Shown here: positions 38,505 through 50,761 of the stretch, piece after piece
Layout: every line of letters begins with the position of its first letter
Position numbering within the stretch: position 1 is the stretch's first letter
Assembly: GCA_021613535.1 (NCBI GenBank)
Contig: CP075496.1
Location: 9,734,001 to 9,798,000, forward strand
Direction of reading: 5' to 3'
Source: Adineta vaga
Taxonomy: Eukaryota; Animalia; Rotifera
DNA: 64,000 nucleotides
Notes under the pieces: generated by a model
What the model saw: the letters and a program-made list of their open reading frames with translations, nothing else
Databases searched by the model: none
What the model was told of the DNA's origin: nothing
Position numbers and translations under genes: made by a program

Positions 38505-39242
38505 ATGTTTAATTTTATTTTAGTCATCAATCATTCAACTCTTGATATGATTTCTTCTCGATCTAAACGACGTGATACTATTAAATGTCATACTTGTGGT
38601 CAGACATATCTTTCAAAAGATAAAAATCCTCATGAAGAATTACTTGATGAACAACTCGATTGGTTAACTGTAGATCATGATGATCTACGACAAGACATAT
38701 TGGAACAAAATTCCAGACCAAAATATCATCCTTCAATGTCAATCATTGATCATTGGGAACAAGAATCAATAGAACGTATTAAATACATAGCATATCGTGC
38801 ACGTCGAACATTGATTGATGCTTTAGATGAACATATGTTCAAAGTCGAAAGAATTCTCAATACTCTAACACCAAAATTACATGAAGCACGTCAATCTATT
38901 AAATCTTATAATGAAAATAATATCAAAGAATGGGCGAAAACATTGCATGAATTGAAGCAAATACCATTATTACCTATCGTTATTGACAAGGATAATAAGA
39001 TTTTTGGAATAACTGTCAATAGTGGAAAATCAACAAGAAGTTCTCCTTCGAAATCGATTACATTTAGTTTAGATTCTACATCTTCGACTAATATATCGAA
39101 TGAAAATCAATATCTGTCGCGAAATATTACACCAGGTGGTGTTCTTATTATTAGAGATTACGAATGTCATAATGATAATTCAATTCTTTCAACAAATCGT
39201 CAATCTGTCGATAGAATTCATAATACATCAGAAACAACTTGA
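38505..39242 (+). CDS. Degenerate B-box-like / coiled-coil protein
   Basis: CHTC…H followed by a helical heptad region (IDHWEQESIERIK); true start may be ATG 38547 or an upstream exon. Confidence 0.55.
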   Translation: MFNFILVINHSTLDMISSRSKRRDTIKCHTCGQTYLSKDKNPHEELLDEQLDWLTVDHDDLRQDILEQNSRPKYHPSMSIIDHWEQESIERIKYIAYRARRTLIDALDEHMFKVERILNTLTPKLHEARQSIKSYNENNIKEWAKTLHELKQIPLLPIVIDKDNKIFGITVNSGKSTRSSPSKSITFSLDSTSSTNISNENQYLSRNITPGGVLIIRDYECHNDNSILSTNRQSVDRIHNTSETT

Positions 39243-40241
39243 TTCGGTATATTTTTTCATATTGTTATATCCAAATTCGTTTTTAAATAAATATCTGATC
39301 CAATCGTTTTACAAAACGTTACTTATTCAGTCTATTTTTTCTTTCAATTTATTTGATGATGCTGATGATAAAATAACAGTAGTAAATCAGCTATAATTTC
39401 TCTTGTCTGAGTCATTACAAACAGAATCGAAGGATGGAAAAAAAACATCATATGATGCAAAGGTTTGTTATTGCATAATCTTACAGAAAATCTTATGAAA
39501 TTATTTTTCTTTATATAGTCTTTACGGCGAAGGAGAAAAAAATAGATGATTCAATGTATATATAACTTGCAAGGAAAAAAGTGTTCTTATACGGCGCACA
39601 TAAAGATTTCTGTTTGAACATGCTTTTCATGTGTGTCGTCTTAAGCAATCGTTAGCGAGAAGAGAAAAAAAAGAAAGTGAAAACAAACGTCAATGCAAGA
39701 AAAGAAGGTGAGCGTCGCTAGGATTTTTATCCCAATGTAAATACTTATGTCTATTTTATTTAAGAAAATTTTAGTTACTGAATAAAAATGATCATTAAAA
39801 GATAGTTTAGAAATGAGTTTATGTTAATAGAAATTATTTTGTCGTCATTTTAACGCATGAATCAGCTAATTTCGATATTGTTTTCGTTTATCAATGAGTC
39901 ATCATACGAAAAAAACACTTGAGTCACGAGCGAAACTTTCATTTTTCTTTTTTTTTCTTTTTAAATTCAGTTAAGTATCTGTTCTCAATTCGAAAACAAA
40001 TCAAAACATTTCTAAGCTAATATATATGTATGACAAGCATTGACCTTCATATATATTAGAAACCCACACGACTGGAAATTAACCGGATGAAAGATAAATA
40101 ACAGTCATTGTTACATTTATCTTTTGATATATTTACCCATTCTGTCTCATCGATAATATACAACCACATGGGAAAAAGATTGTACTTGATATTTATTGAA
40201 ATGAATATTGTGTTTTAGATATAAAATTTATTTATTTATTT

Positions 40242-41021
40242 ATGGCTCAATTTGAAAAAGATTTTCGTTTTCTATGTCGTCAAATCGGCTCATTATCGAA
40301 TGGTCAAGCTCGTGTTAGTTATGAAAATATATTTAATCGTTCCAATTCAGTAACTTGTACTTCCACATCATCAGACTCATCATCTTCATCAGACTGTGAA
40401 GAAAGCACTTCTAAACTTGCATTTTACATTGAAATTACACCAGACGATGGCCCATATGCTCACGGTTCTTTTATATTTCATATAGAGATTTCTTCTGAAA
40501 GTGAATATCCAGAGTGTCAACCAACTGTATCATGTTTAACACGCATCTATCATCCAAATATTGATACAACCTATGGAAATTCTCATAATAATGTTTGTGT
40601 TTCGACGTTAAATGATTGGGATGGTGGATCTAGTTCAACATTAGAAGATCTTCTTCAAGGTTTAATGTTTCTTTTTCATTCACCTAATCTTGAAGATCCA
40701 CTAACATCAAATGTCACAACAGATGAAGATGAATTTTTCAAAAATGTTCGTTTATCGATTGAAGGTGGTTTGATTGAAGATTTTGATAATGAAGGTGCAT
40801 TTGAAATGAATTACGGTTATAAACGTTATTTAAAAGAACAAGAACAGCAACAACAACACATCGAAGAAAAGGAACAGCTTGACGATTATCTTGTTGAACT
40901 TTTAACACGTAAACCAAATTTTAAACAAATATTCAATAGTGATACATTGGATCTTCTAATGACTAATCCTCCAATAACTCATTCAACACGGCATAATAAA
41001 GAAACCACAACGAGTTCTTAG
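40242..41021 (+). CDS. Ubiquitin/NEDD8-conjugating enzyme E2 (Ubc12/UBE2M-like, divergent)
   Basis: ITPDDGPY.HGSF.F, YP..P.V.CLTRIYHPNID, catalytic VCVSTL, FLFHSPNLEDPL. Confidence 0.85.
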   Translation: MAQFEKDFRFLCRQIGSLSNGQARVSYENIFNRSNSVTCTSTSSDSSSSSDCEESTSKLAFYIEITPDDGPYAHGSFIFHIEISSESEYPECQPTVSCLTRIYHPNIDTTYGNSHNNVCVSTLNDWDGGSSSTLEDLLQGLMFLFHSPNLEDPLTSNVTTDEDEFFKNVRLSIEGGLIEDFDNEGAFEMNYGYKRYLKEQEQQQQHIEEKEQLDDYLVELLTRKPNFKQIFNSDTLDLLMTNPPITHSTRHNKETTTSS

Positions 41022-41169
41022 AAACATTTTACATTTCACATTTTTGTATTATATTAATTCGTTTTTAAAACAAACTAATTGAGACTTCTTTTTTTGTTAT
41101 GCAAACAAAAAACAAACCGATATAATAATTTATGATTGTTATGAAAACAAAAAAAGGAATGTGAGATAG

Positions 41170-42093
41170 TTAACAATTTGATTTTAATAATAGGTTATAT
41201 AATTGCGTAGTGATAAATGGAAGACTTAAAGAAAATAAACAAGAACTTAATGATGAAGATAACCATTGAATACGATAAATAATCGGATCAAAATGATTTT
41301 GAATAATACCTCGAATATAAAGAATAAAGTAAGGTATTGTTACTATAGAGAGAATAATTGAATTCAATAACATTCGACGTACAACAATATAATCTCGTCG
41401 GTTTTGTTTATGATATACTCGTATAGTCGATAAACGCATTTGTCTTCCAATCCAAAAATGAAAGATACATAAAATAGTGTACGGAATACCAAAACCAATC
41501 ATGCAGACATATATCAAAATATAAAATGATTGAAATAATATATTACAATAAGCTTCATTAGATAAAAGATGCATACCATCGAAGATGAGAAGAGCTGGAA
41601 GAATACCTATGAATTCGATGATAAATTGAAAGGGAATTAATATGAAGAGATAGAAAGATGGTTGATGAAGCCACGATTGTTTCGGATAAATAACTCGAAG
41701 AAAACGAAAAAATGCAAGAAGAACATAGCTTCAATATAATTGACCAATAACTGCCCATAACATATATGAACGAAAACGACAAAAAGGTGTTTCATAAAAA
41801 ATATTATTTATATGAAAATCATTCATTATCGTTGGAATGGTAACATGAATGATTTGTAGAATACTTTTCACACAAATAATACATATGGTATTGATCGAAG
41901 GAATCAATGTAACATCAATTGATGTTTGATCACGTTGAAATCGGTTACGAATAAGACGACAAATAATCGTAAAGAGGAAAGTTATACAAATACAAACAGC
42001 GATTGTGTCGAGTAAAATCGAAAGAAGATTCAATGACGAATAGATACTAATCGAATTCGAAGAATTTAACATCTTATCAATTGAAGAATCCAA
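41170..42093 (-). pseudogene. 7TM GPCR-like gene interrupted by one in-frame TGA
   Basis: ORFs 41731-42093 and 41170-41574 share a frame; reading through TGA 41731-41733 gives FCRFRSY…QLY*SYVLLAFFRFLRVIYP… and a continuous ~300-aa multi-TM protein. Confidence 0.75.
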
Positions 42094-44070
42094 TGTTATT
42101 AAAGAAATAGTCTCTTAATATAACATTGTCGACATGAAAAGAAGAAAGGAAAATTTACTTTTTTTTATAAGATTCTATATTTTAAAGAGACAGGAAAAAT
42201 AATTAAGCAAAAACTTCTAATTATGAATCATTCATATCAAAGAAAAGAGAATATTTTTTACATTTTACACAGCATCATCTATCGACTGTCTATTTTAAAG
42301 AGATATACAAACATACAATACAAAAAACTTCTATGAATAGTGATAATCAACAAAAATAAGTATTTTATTTCATAGAGATTTAACACATATTTATACCAGT
42401 ATTAATTACTTGTCTCACAACTGTCAGTAGACTTTGAACTATAATGATTATAATACGTACTTTCTCATTATTAAAATTTTAAAGTAAAGATCGGTAGTAT
42501 ATTCTTCAACTGATTATAGACATCTTTCTTATGATCTGTTTTACAGTGAGATGATTAATAGACATATTGATTCAAAAGCAACTTATACAAATACACAAAC
42601 GTACGTAGGGTGAATCAGTAGAGAACAAAGACACGATAAACTATAAATCGAGAATCAATACGAAAAATAAATATTTCTCTAAGAATTTACAAATATGAAT
42701 CAAAATTAACATTGTCAAAGCAAAACCTCTGTCCAATCGTTAAAAAAAAATAATAAAATGATTGTTCTTCTAATTGATTCTAAAGTTTTTCTTCAGCCAG
42801 TATTCTTTCGTTTTTAATTGATCAATTCATAATTTGTTTTGAGATTGAAAGATATTGCCATCTGATGACATATACATTAAAATAAAATGAACAATAAATT
42901 TTTATTTAATAAATCATACTCATTGTTTCATATGAATTCATTGAACAGAATTCTAAATATAACAGATTCATTCAACTTGACCTTCTACAAAAATTTTCGA
43001 AATTAATAATTTTACCAAATAAACTTCCATTAAAAAAAGAGAATCGTTTGATAAGTATCAATATCACATAAAGTCATTCATCATTGATTTACTGATGATT
43101 AATATTGTTTGACATAGGTCTTTCGTCCCCTCTCTCTCTCTCTCTTCCCTTTTGTTAATATTCATAAATGATATTTAGTCTGTTCCTTCTAGTTATGTTC
43201 TTTAATTACTCAAGGATCAAGAGAAATGACATTTTTTCTTTCTATAAATGTATTTTTATCCCTAAAAAATCATCCTTTTTAGTATGGTCGATCGAGCACG
43301 CAACATACGTACATCCAACTACCACGCATAATGTTTTTTTCTATTCCTTCTAATATTCTTTTTCTCTTTCGTTTCAATCTTAAAATTGTTATGTCGAATA
43401 TAAACGAACAAATAGAATCAGGACGAGCATGAATTTGAATTTTTTCAATTAAACGGAATTTTAAGACAAAGTAATATGCCACCATTGCAAGATCATGAAA
43501 AAATTAGCAATTATTTCAAGGAACAGCTCGAATCTGTATGAAATATGATCATATTTATATTGTGAAAAACGCGCTTGCAGTATTTGGAAAGAAAAATGAT
43601 AAGGATAAAATAACAACTCTTGAAGTTTTGGCGGATTTAACATCTATTTTAGGACAAATGAAATTTCAAGATATTCTTGTTCTCTACTGAATTCATTCAT
43701 TGTGCATATCTTCGAAAACTTGACATGATCATGTATAGATTGTCACTTTTGAGAAATTACTCAACTTTGCTCTTTGACCTCGAGAATGTTTTTTTTTCAG
43801 GTATGATTGATGTTTTTTACTCTTGTTTTTAAATTTCACTCTCCCTGTAAAATGTACCTTTTATTTTTATACAATCAGTTAAACAGTCAATGTCATACAT
43901 GATAAATATCACCTATGAAGCGCGGATAAGAAGCTCTGATAACAATAATACCAATCATCCATCGTCTTTTTACTGTCTATAAATACTTTCTACATTTCTT
44001 CATTTGATCATACAACGACATTACATTATATACAAACTTTCTTCTTCTTCATCTTCAATTACAAACAAAA

Positions 44071-44520
44071 ATGGTTTTTTCAAATGTATTGACTCCTGAA
44101 CAAATCGAAGAATCTCAAGCATGGGTTTATAAATTTTATCGATCATTCGATTCACTTGAAGTTGATCCATGGCTTGAAGAGTTTTACAAACCTGACACGG
44201 TTGTAAATTTTGGTAATTTTCCACCAATGAACGGTATTGAAGTCATGCGTGCTCATTTCAAACAACAAAATTCACAATTATTATCCATGAAACATCGTAT
44301 GAAACATATCGATGTATTTGCTGATCGAATTTATGCTCAAAATGAAGCAACATTCATTGTTAAAAATGATCCTGAACACAAGGAAATCAAACTTCAAGCA
44401 GTATGTTTATTTTGGAAGAATATCAATGAGAAAACGGCAACATCAATCGATGTATTTCTTGATCCATCACCTCTCCTAGAACGAATTCATATGTTTTTAA
44501 CTCAAAATCAATCCGCATGA
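44071..44520 (+). CDS. SnoaL-like / NTF2-fold protein
   Basis: 149 aa, intronless; FYRSFDSL…FYKPD.VVNFGN.PP..G.E.MRAHF…H…DVFLDPSPL pattern. Confidence 0.7.
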   Translation: MVFSNVLTPEQIEESQAWVYKFYRSFDSLEVDPWLEEFYKPDTVVNFGNFPPMNGIEVMRAHFKQQNSQLLSMKHRMKHIDVFADRIYAQNEATFIVKNDPEHKEIKLQAVCLFWKNINEKTATSIDVFLDPSPLLERIHMFLTQNQSA

Positions 44521-44900
44521 ACATCTTTTTCTGTAATATTAAATCTTGAATCGAAAATAATAAAATTATTGATAAAACTACTCAAAGTATTTCTTTAATA
44601 GAATAGCATCGAAATTTTATCTTGCTGTTAATTTCACATCACTCATGTTAAGAATATTTATCTGGTAAATTTGTTTTTAAGGTAGATCATATATTATTTT
44701 CTTTTCAAATTACGATTCTTATCATCTGTATAAGTGATTAAGCAAATAATTACGTGTATACTTCCTTTCGTTCGAAGGTCATTTATCGTTTTGCTTTGTC
44801 ATTATTATTCACTCTACTTTTGCACTCCTCAAAAGAAAAAAGACATGTCAAGAGAGGTGAAAATTAAATATTCGAATTGGATAATGTTACGAATGTTCGA

Positions 44901-46915
44901 TCATGTATTTTGGAGTGATAATAAATATTGAATTTTTTCGTCATTTTGTACAAGAATTGGATCAGTTAAACTGATTGTTCGCTGATAAATATTCGATATT
45001 TTCTTATAATAAATCAATGCTTTATCATAATCTTCTTTTTGTTCGTAAAGAAATGCAATATTCTTCAACATCATAAGAATATTTGGATGATCAAATTTGA
45101 ATGATTTTTCATAAATATTCAATGCTGAATGTAAATGTTCTAAAGTTAAATCAATTTTATTCAGATTTTTGTACATTGAACTAATATTACAATGTAAACT
45201 TGCTAAATTTAAATGATTTATTGGTAAGTATTTTTGAAAAAGACTCAAGGCTTTTAAATAATAATTTAATGCTTGAGAATAATCTTTTTCTTGTGATATG
45301 ACTGTACCCATATTATTCAAACACGTGGCAACATCCATATGATCATATCCATAAGCATTTTGAAAGATTTCTAATGCTTTATGAAAGGAATTTAATGCTT
45401 GATGATAATCACCTTTTTTCCAATAATTTGTTGCAATAGCATTGTAATTATCAGCTAGATCAGGATTATTTGATTTCAAGATTTTCTTCCATATTTCAAG
45501 AGATTGATGATAATATTTTAAACTTAAATCATAATCGTTTTTCTCCGAATAAATATGTCCTAAATTATAATAAAAATCTGCTGAAATCAGTTGATTTTTC
45601 TGCGAGACGATGTCGATCATATATAGATAATAATTTTCAGCTTCTGTTAATTGATTCATTTTTGAAAGAAGATTTCCTAATGTTAATAGATTGACTTCTT
45701 TGTTATTATATGCAAATTGACGTTTAAAACAATCAAATTTAGATATTAAATTTTCATCATTTAAACTTGAGAAATTCATTCGAATAATCCAAAGTTCATC
45801 ATTATGATGATAAACATCGACTAAACGAAAAATTGATCCACACATAAATAAAACTTCTGAAGAATTAATCATTGAAAATGGATAAGCATCGTTAATTGGA
45901 GAATGAACTTCAATTTCGAATAGAACTCGATGTAAATCATTCGATAAATGTAAATTATCAACTTCCACTAATGCTTGTTGACGATTGATTTTCGTTGTTA
46001 AAAATGTATTTATGGAAATAAATTCATCGATTGAATCTTTTAAGATTTGTAATTCTTCATTTGATAGAATATATGTTCGATACAAAGAAATCGACGATAG
46101 ATATTGTTTTTCTTTTAATTCTTGTCGAAGGTCATAGAGAAAAAATCGAATTAGAAGAAGTTTATTAATATTTTGAAAACAAAGAATTTTGTTGAGCATT
46201 TTCGAAAAACATCTATCTTTTAAATACCATAATAATGCTTGATTTGAAGAATATGTTTGTTCGAAATAATTAATCTGATTCATTCGATTGACATTATTTT
46301 TGTAAATATCTCGACAGAGAGAAATAAATGGTCTATGATCGAGTAGATTCATTTCTTCATGAAGAAGGCAAGTCATAATTAAATGTGAAGTGAAAAATGA
46401 TGACACCATTTGACTGGAATTTGATTTGAATATCGAGATGGGAAAATATTCATCGAGTTTGGAAGGAATTTGTTTGTCTTGATCAGATTGAAGTTTTAGA
46501 ATGAGATCATCCATATTTAACGTGGTGCATTTTATCTGAAAGAAATCAATGAATTGAGAAAAAAATGAGATCGCTTTCATTCATGAAGATTCATATATAC
46601 TTTAGGATATTGTTTATTTAAATTTATATCTGTGCCATAGATATAAATAGAGGAGATTTGTCTAATTGAATGAATACATAAGAGAATTTCATGAGCAAAT
46701 TCAGAAGGAATTATAAGTATAATTCGATCATATTGAGATATAGTTTGAATATATTGTTCACATTGATCGATAGTTTGGAATAGTTTTGTATAGTTGATAA
46801 TATTTCGAAGTTTTTCTTCAATTTCTGGTGAATTGTTAGCATGTGAGTCGAGCCAAATAAGAGAATATGTTTCGTAATTAAAATCATCTAGACATGAGGA
46901 TTTCTTTGTTGTCAT
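44901..46915 (-). CDS. Degenerate ADP-ribosyltransferase domain + TPR-repeat protein, 2 exons
   Basis: Exon 1 (LIWLD…IYIY) spliced via a ~46538-46602 intron; ALLWY…MLNKIL, LYRT, NTFLTT, VLFEI, SEVLFMCGSIFR; ~42-aa TPRs (YNLGHIY, NNMGTV). Confidence 0.85.
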
Positions 46916-47682
46916 TATAGTTTAACGTAATGAGAAATTTTTATTATGCAATTCGTTTTTTCATAGATCTATATGTTTTTCTTGTTTTGATTTCATGTTC
47001 AGTCAAGCGCAACATGAATTAGTCATTGAAAAGTAGTATATTTAGAAAATGATAGATCTTGACATATAATGAATAAATTAAAATAATTAAGAGATCTTTT
47101 TTATTCATATGGATAGAAGAACTGGATATTATGTTATGAAAATTTTCATGAAGTATATGGCATGATGCTAATGTAAGTTATAATTTGTAGAGCTTGAAAT
47201 TTTATTGTTATTAGAGAAGGAAAAGTTCTTTCTAAATCAATTGAATTTGTGATGATGTGAATGATTGCATCTACTACAAGGTAAAATCATTCGAATATTG
47301 TCATGTTTAGCGACATCTATCGAAAGATCAGGTACATCTGATAACAACTTATATTTTCTAGCTGATATATATGTATAAGATCATAAAGATTATTGAGATT
47401 CTTTGAAGAGCGAGGTATTTTGAAATCAAATCTTAACATATCGTTATCTATGGTCAACGATAGCTCGCGAATCCTAACCTTATGAGTCATCGTAATGATT
47501 AAGGAAGAAGGAAATAAAAAAAGAAAAAGTAATGAATATATCTAAATGTTTGTATTAAAAATAGGAAAAGGTTATTAATTAATATCGATACGATTTTATC
47601 AAATAATATTAACTATTCTATTCATTGATAGGAAGAAAAAGAAATCTATCGAAGAAATCATAACTGTTATTCTATTATAGAT

Positions 47683-48630
47683 ATGAGTATGACAACACAG
47701 TTTGAAGATCTGTCTAATGAGTTATTGTTGGATATATTTGATTATATGAATGTTCGAGATGTATATAGTATATTTTGGAATTTGAATTCACATTTAAATA
47801 AACTTCTTATTTCTATTGATTATCTTCAACTTATTATTGATCATGATGAAAATGAAGAAATATTTGATTTTCTCGCTCCTCATATCGGTCGATTAATAGT
47901 AAATTCATGGGATGAAATTGATTTACAAAGATTTTCGAATTTATTTTCATTAACATTGACTCGTCCATCACCAATGCAATTGAAGCAAATTCAAGCTGAT
48001 ACAATGCCGAAAATAACCTTTCTTTCATTATGTTCAAATATGTATATTTCTTTACCTAAACAACTCATCTATGATGTATTTTCAAACAGATTTTCTCATC
48101 TTCGTTGGGCTCGATTAGGTCGTATTGATACGTTTGATTCACTTCTCTGGTCTCAATCATTTTCACTTCGACATCTTCATATTGATTGTTCTCATCCAAC
48201 GATGATTCCATTTATTCTTACATCATGTCCCAATCTTGATCATTTACATATCGATTTCTTACGTTATAGTGATAAACTTATACTTCCATCACCGGTTATT
48301 TTAAATCATCCACTTCGTAAATTCATTTTACGTGATTATTGCCATTTAATATCGTATGATGATATTCGTATGTTGATTATCTTCATTCCAAATACAACAA
48401 AAATCGAATTAAAATTCTTTTGTAATACTTCATTTATTATTCTAATTCAATATCTCTGTATTCATTTGGCTCAGTTACAAAGATTTGATTGTGAGATAGT
48501 TGAATATCCGATCGATTCAACAACTAGTATAACAACTATTCGACAAGTTCATCCATCTTTCAATCATATTGCTTGTCAAACACATGGCAGCGACTTTCGT
48601 CTATTTCATACCAGATCACAAAATCAATGA
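47683..48630 (+). CDS. F-box domain protein with LRR-like region
   Basis: TQFEDLSNELLLDIFDY F-box motif; 315 aa, intronless. Confidence 0.82.
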   Translation: MSMTTQFEDLSNELLLDIFDYMNVRDVYSIFWNLNSHLNKLLISIDYLQLIIDHDENEEIFDFLAPHIGRLIVNSWDEIDLQRFSNLFSLTLTRPSPMQLKQIQADTMPKITFLSLCSNMYISLPKQLIYDVFSNRFSHLRWARLGRIDTFDSLLWSQSFSLRHLHIDCSHPTMIPFILTSCPNLDHLHIDFLRYSDKLILPSPVILNHPLRKFILRDYCHLISYDDIRMLIIFIPNTTKIELKFFCNTSFIILIQYLCIHLAQLQRFDCEIVEYPIDSTTSITTIRQVHPSFNHIACQTHGSDFRLFHTRSQNQ

Positions 48631-48840
48631 TTTTTTTAAAAATATTTATAGTTTACCATTGTATTTCATTATTTACTTTTTCTGATGCTTCTGAATCATA
48701 TTGTAATAGAAGTAAAGATAGAACGAGAAAAGAAATATATGCAGCTTGTTTTTTTCCTTTCTTCTTTCTTTCTTTCTTTTCTTTCTAGCATCATAAGAGT
48801 CGAGAAGAGAGAATAAGAAAAAATAAACCATGATTATATA

Positions 48841-49434
48841 ATGCTTCGAATACATTCTATATTCATCTTTTCACTATATTTTTGTTTAGTAACTGCTTTA
48901 TTTCAAGAAGAAGATATGTGTTCAGCAGCAACAAAAGCGAGTGCTGAATTAGCAACATTTGGAGCTGGATGTTTTTGGGGAACGGAAAAGTTCTTTCGTA
49001 AACAATTTGGAAATAATTTACTTTCAGCCGTAGTTGGTTATATGGGTGGTGCTTCGAAAGCTAGTTATGAAGATGTCTGTAAAGGTACTACAAATCATGC
49101 TGAAGTTTTACAAGTTTCATACGACCCAAATAAAGTAGTATACGCTGATTTAGTACGCTTTTTCTTTCGTATGCATGATTCAACAACATTAAATCGACAA
49201 GGAAATGATCGTGGTACTCAATATCGTTCGGTTATATTTACTCATACAAATGAACAACAGAAAACAGCTGAACAAGTTCGCGATGAAGTACAAGCAAGTG
49301 GTAAGGTTAAAGGACAAATTGTTACACAAATAGAACCAGTCAATGGTCTTAAATTTTTTGAAGGTGAACCATATCATCAAAGATATTTGGAAGAAAATCC
49401 TGATGGTTACTGTAATCATCGACTTTATTTTTAA
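48841..49434 (+). CDS. msrA: Peptide methionine sulfoxide reductase A
   Basis: GCFWG active site, GYMGG, YEDVC.G.T.HAE, RQGNDRGTQYRS, YHQRYL; alternative start at 48916. Confidence 0.95.
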   Translation: MLRIHSIFIFSLYFCLVTALFQEEDMCSAATKASAELATFGAGCFWGTEKFFRKQFGNNLLSAVVGYMGGASKASYEDVCKGTTNHAEVLQVSYDPNKVVYADLVRFFFRMHDSTTLNRQGNDRGTQYRSVIFTHTNEQQKTAEQVRDEVQASGKVKGQIVTQIEPVNGLKFFEGEPYHQRYLEENPDGYCNHRLYF

Positions 49435-50761
49435 TATTATGTATCCTCTGTAAATGCTACATAATTTTTAGTTATATCGAATACATATATATATTTTTAA
49501 TCTAGAAATCAAAAATAATTTGCTATCGATGTTTTGATTATTGTCAATGATGGAATGATTTTAATCTATTTGAAGAATACTAATCTATATTTAAATAAAT
49601 TTAGATCTTTTGTAGTTACACAATGGAATATGATAATTCTAAATTTGGAGGATAAAACTTTCTAACTTTCCTAAGAGATAAATCTTTGATTGAATTCAGT
49701 AGTTCTTACTATGAATATATGTAAGGAGTTGATAGAAAACTATCGAAGTGTGTTAAAAACTAATTCTTATGCATATGATTGATGATTTATAGAATTTGTA
49801 TTTAGTTCAATAATGAAGCTAAAACGGGAAGCTTTCTACTTTGAAAACTTTCACTCACAAATTTAACAATTGAATCTATCTAAGCTAATATACCGACAAA
49901 GAATATCGTCTGTTCTATATTACAAACAAGACCTGTTAAAGGTAAAAACATATTGAAGTAAAAGAAAGATGTTGTTCTGCATATATCTACAACTATTTGG
50001 ACAGAAGAATACGATACGATCAAAGTTATAAATGTTTTTTTAATGGTACTTTATATATAGACTCATTTCTACTTTGGACCACAAGAGCATAATAAATTAT
50101 TTTAAAAAATGTGGTTAGTTCTTAAATTAACTACTGAATAATTTAGTTTTAAGTTGAGTCTCAAATGTTAGTAAAATTTATTTTCATTGAACTACTGAGT
50201 CAGCAAACACTTTATTGATACTATTCAAAATCACTTCTAACGAAAAGTGATCTGCTTCGATCGCAACAATTAGTAATATGCATTTTTATTGCTCGTAAAA
50301 AATGTTCTGATTCATCTAAGTTCTTAACACTCGCTGATAAATTATAATCGATACTACAACTATAAATATTTCTTTTAAAAAATACCATACTTTAACGAGT
50401 ATATGTTATACTAGTCACAAACGTGACTTTTCTCTAATATTTTGTGACAAATTCTTATTAAATGAAAATCTTAAGACAGATGTATTCACAGAAACTGCGT
50501 ATTTACATGAGAGAAGTAATGTATATGATAGCCATATATAATCATGTAATAGACACGATAAAACTGAATAATTCAGTGCTTAAGTGAGTTCTACAGAATG
50601 TACATATATTCACAGTAGCTTGTTAAACGAATATAAACTGCAGTCAAAAGTAACAGACTTAGAATTCGCTAATTTGTATAATCGAACATATTTTCACTGT
50701 TACGATTTTAGTTAGTCTTGGTTGTTAAGATCTATTTGCTTTTGGACGTCTTTTCACAAGT

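Noticed and set aside
41731-41733. TGA as selenocysteine or an alternative genetic code
   Set aside because: TGA is a normal stop in other genes here, TGG encodes Trp throughout, and no SECIS was recognised.
11877-48630. F-box, RING, BTB and E2 genes as a functional ubiquitin-pathway cluster
   Set aside because: They are dispersed among unrelated genes and appear to belong to large families, so chance co-occurrence is sufficient.
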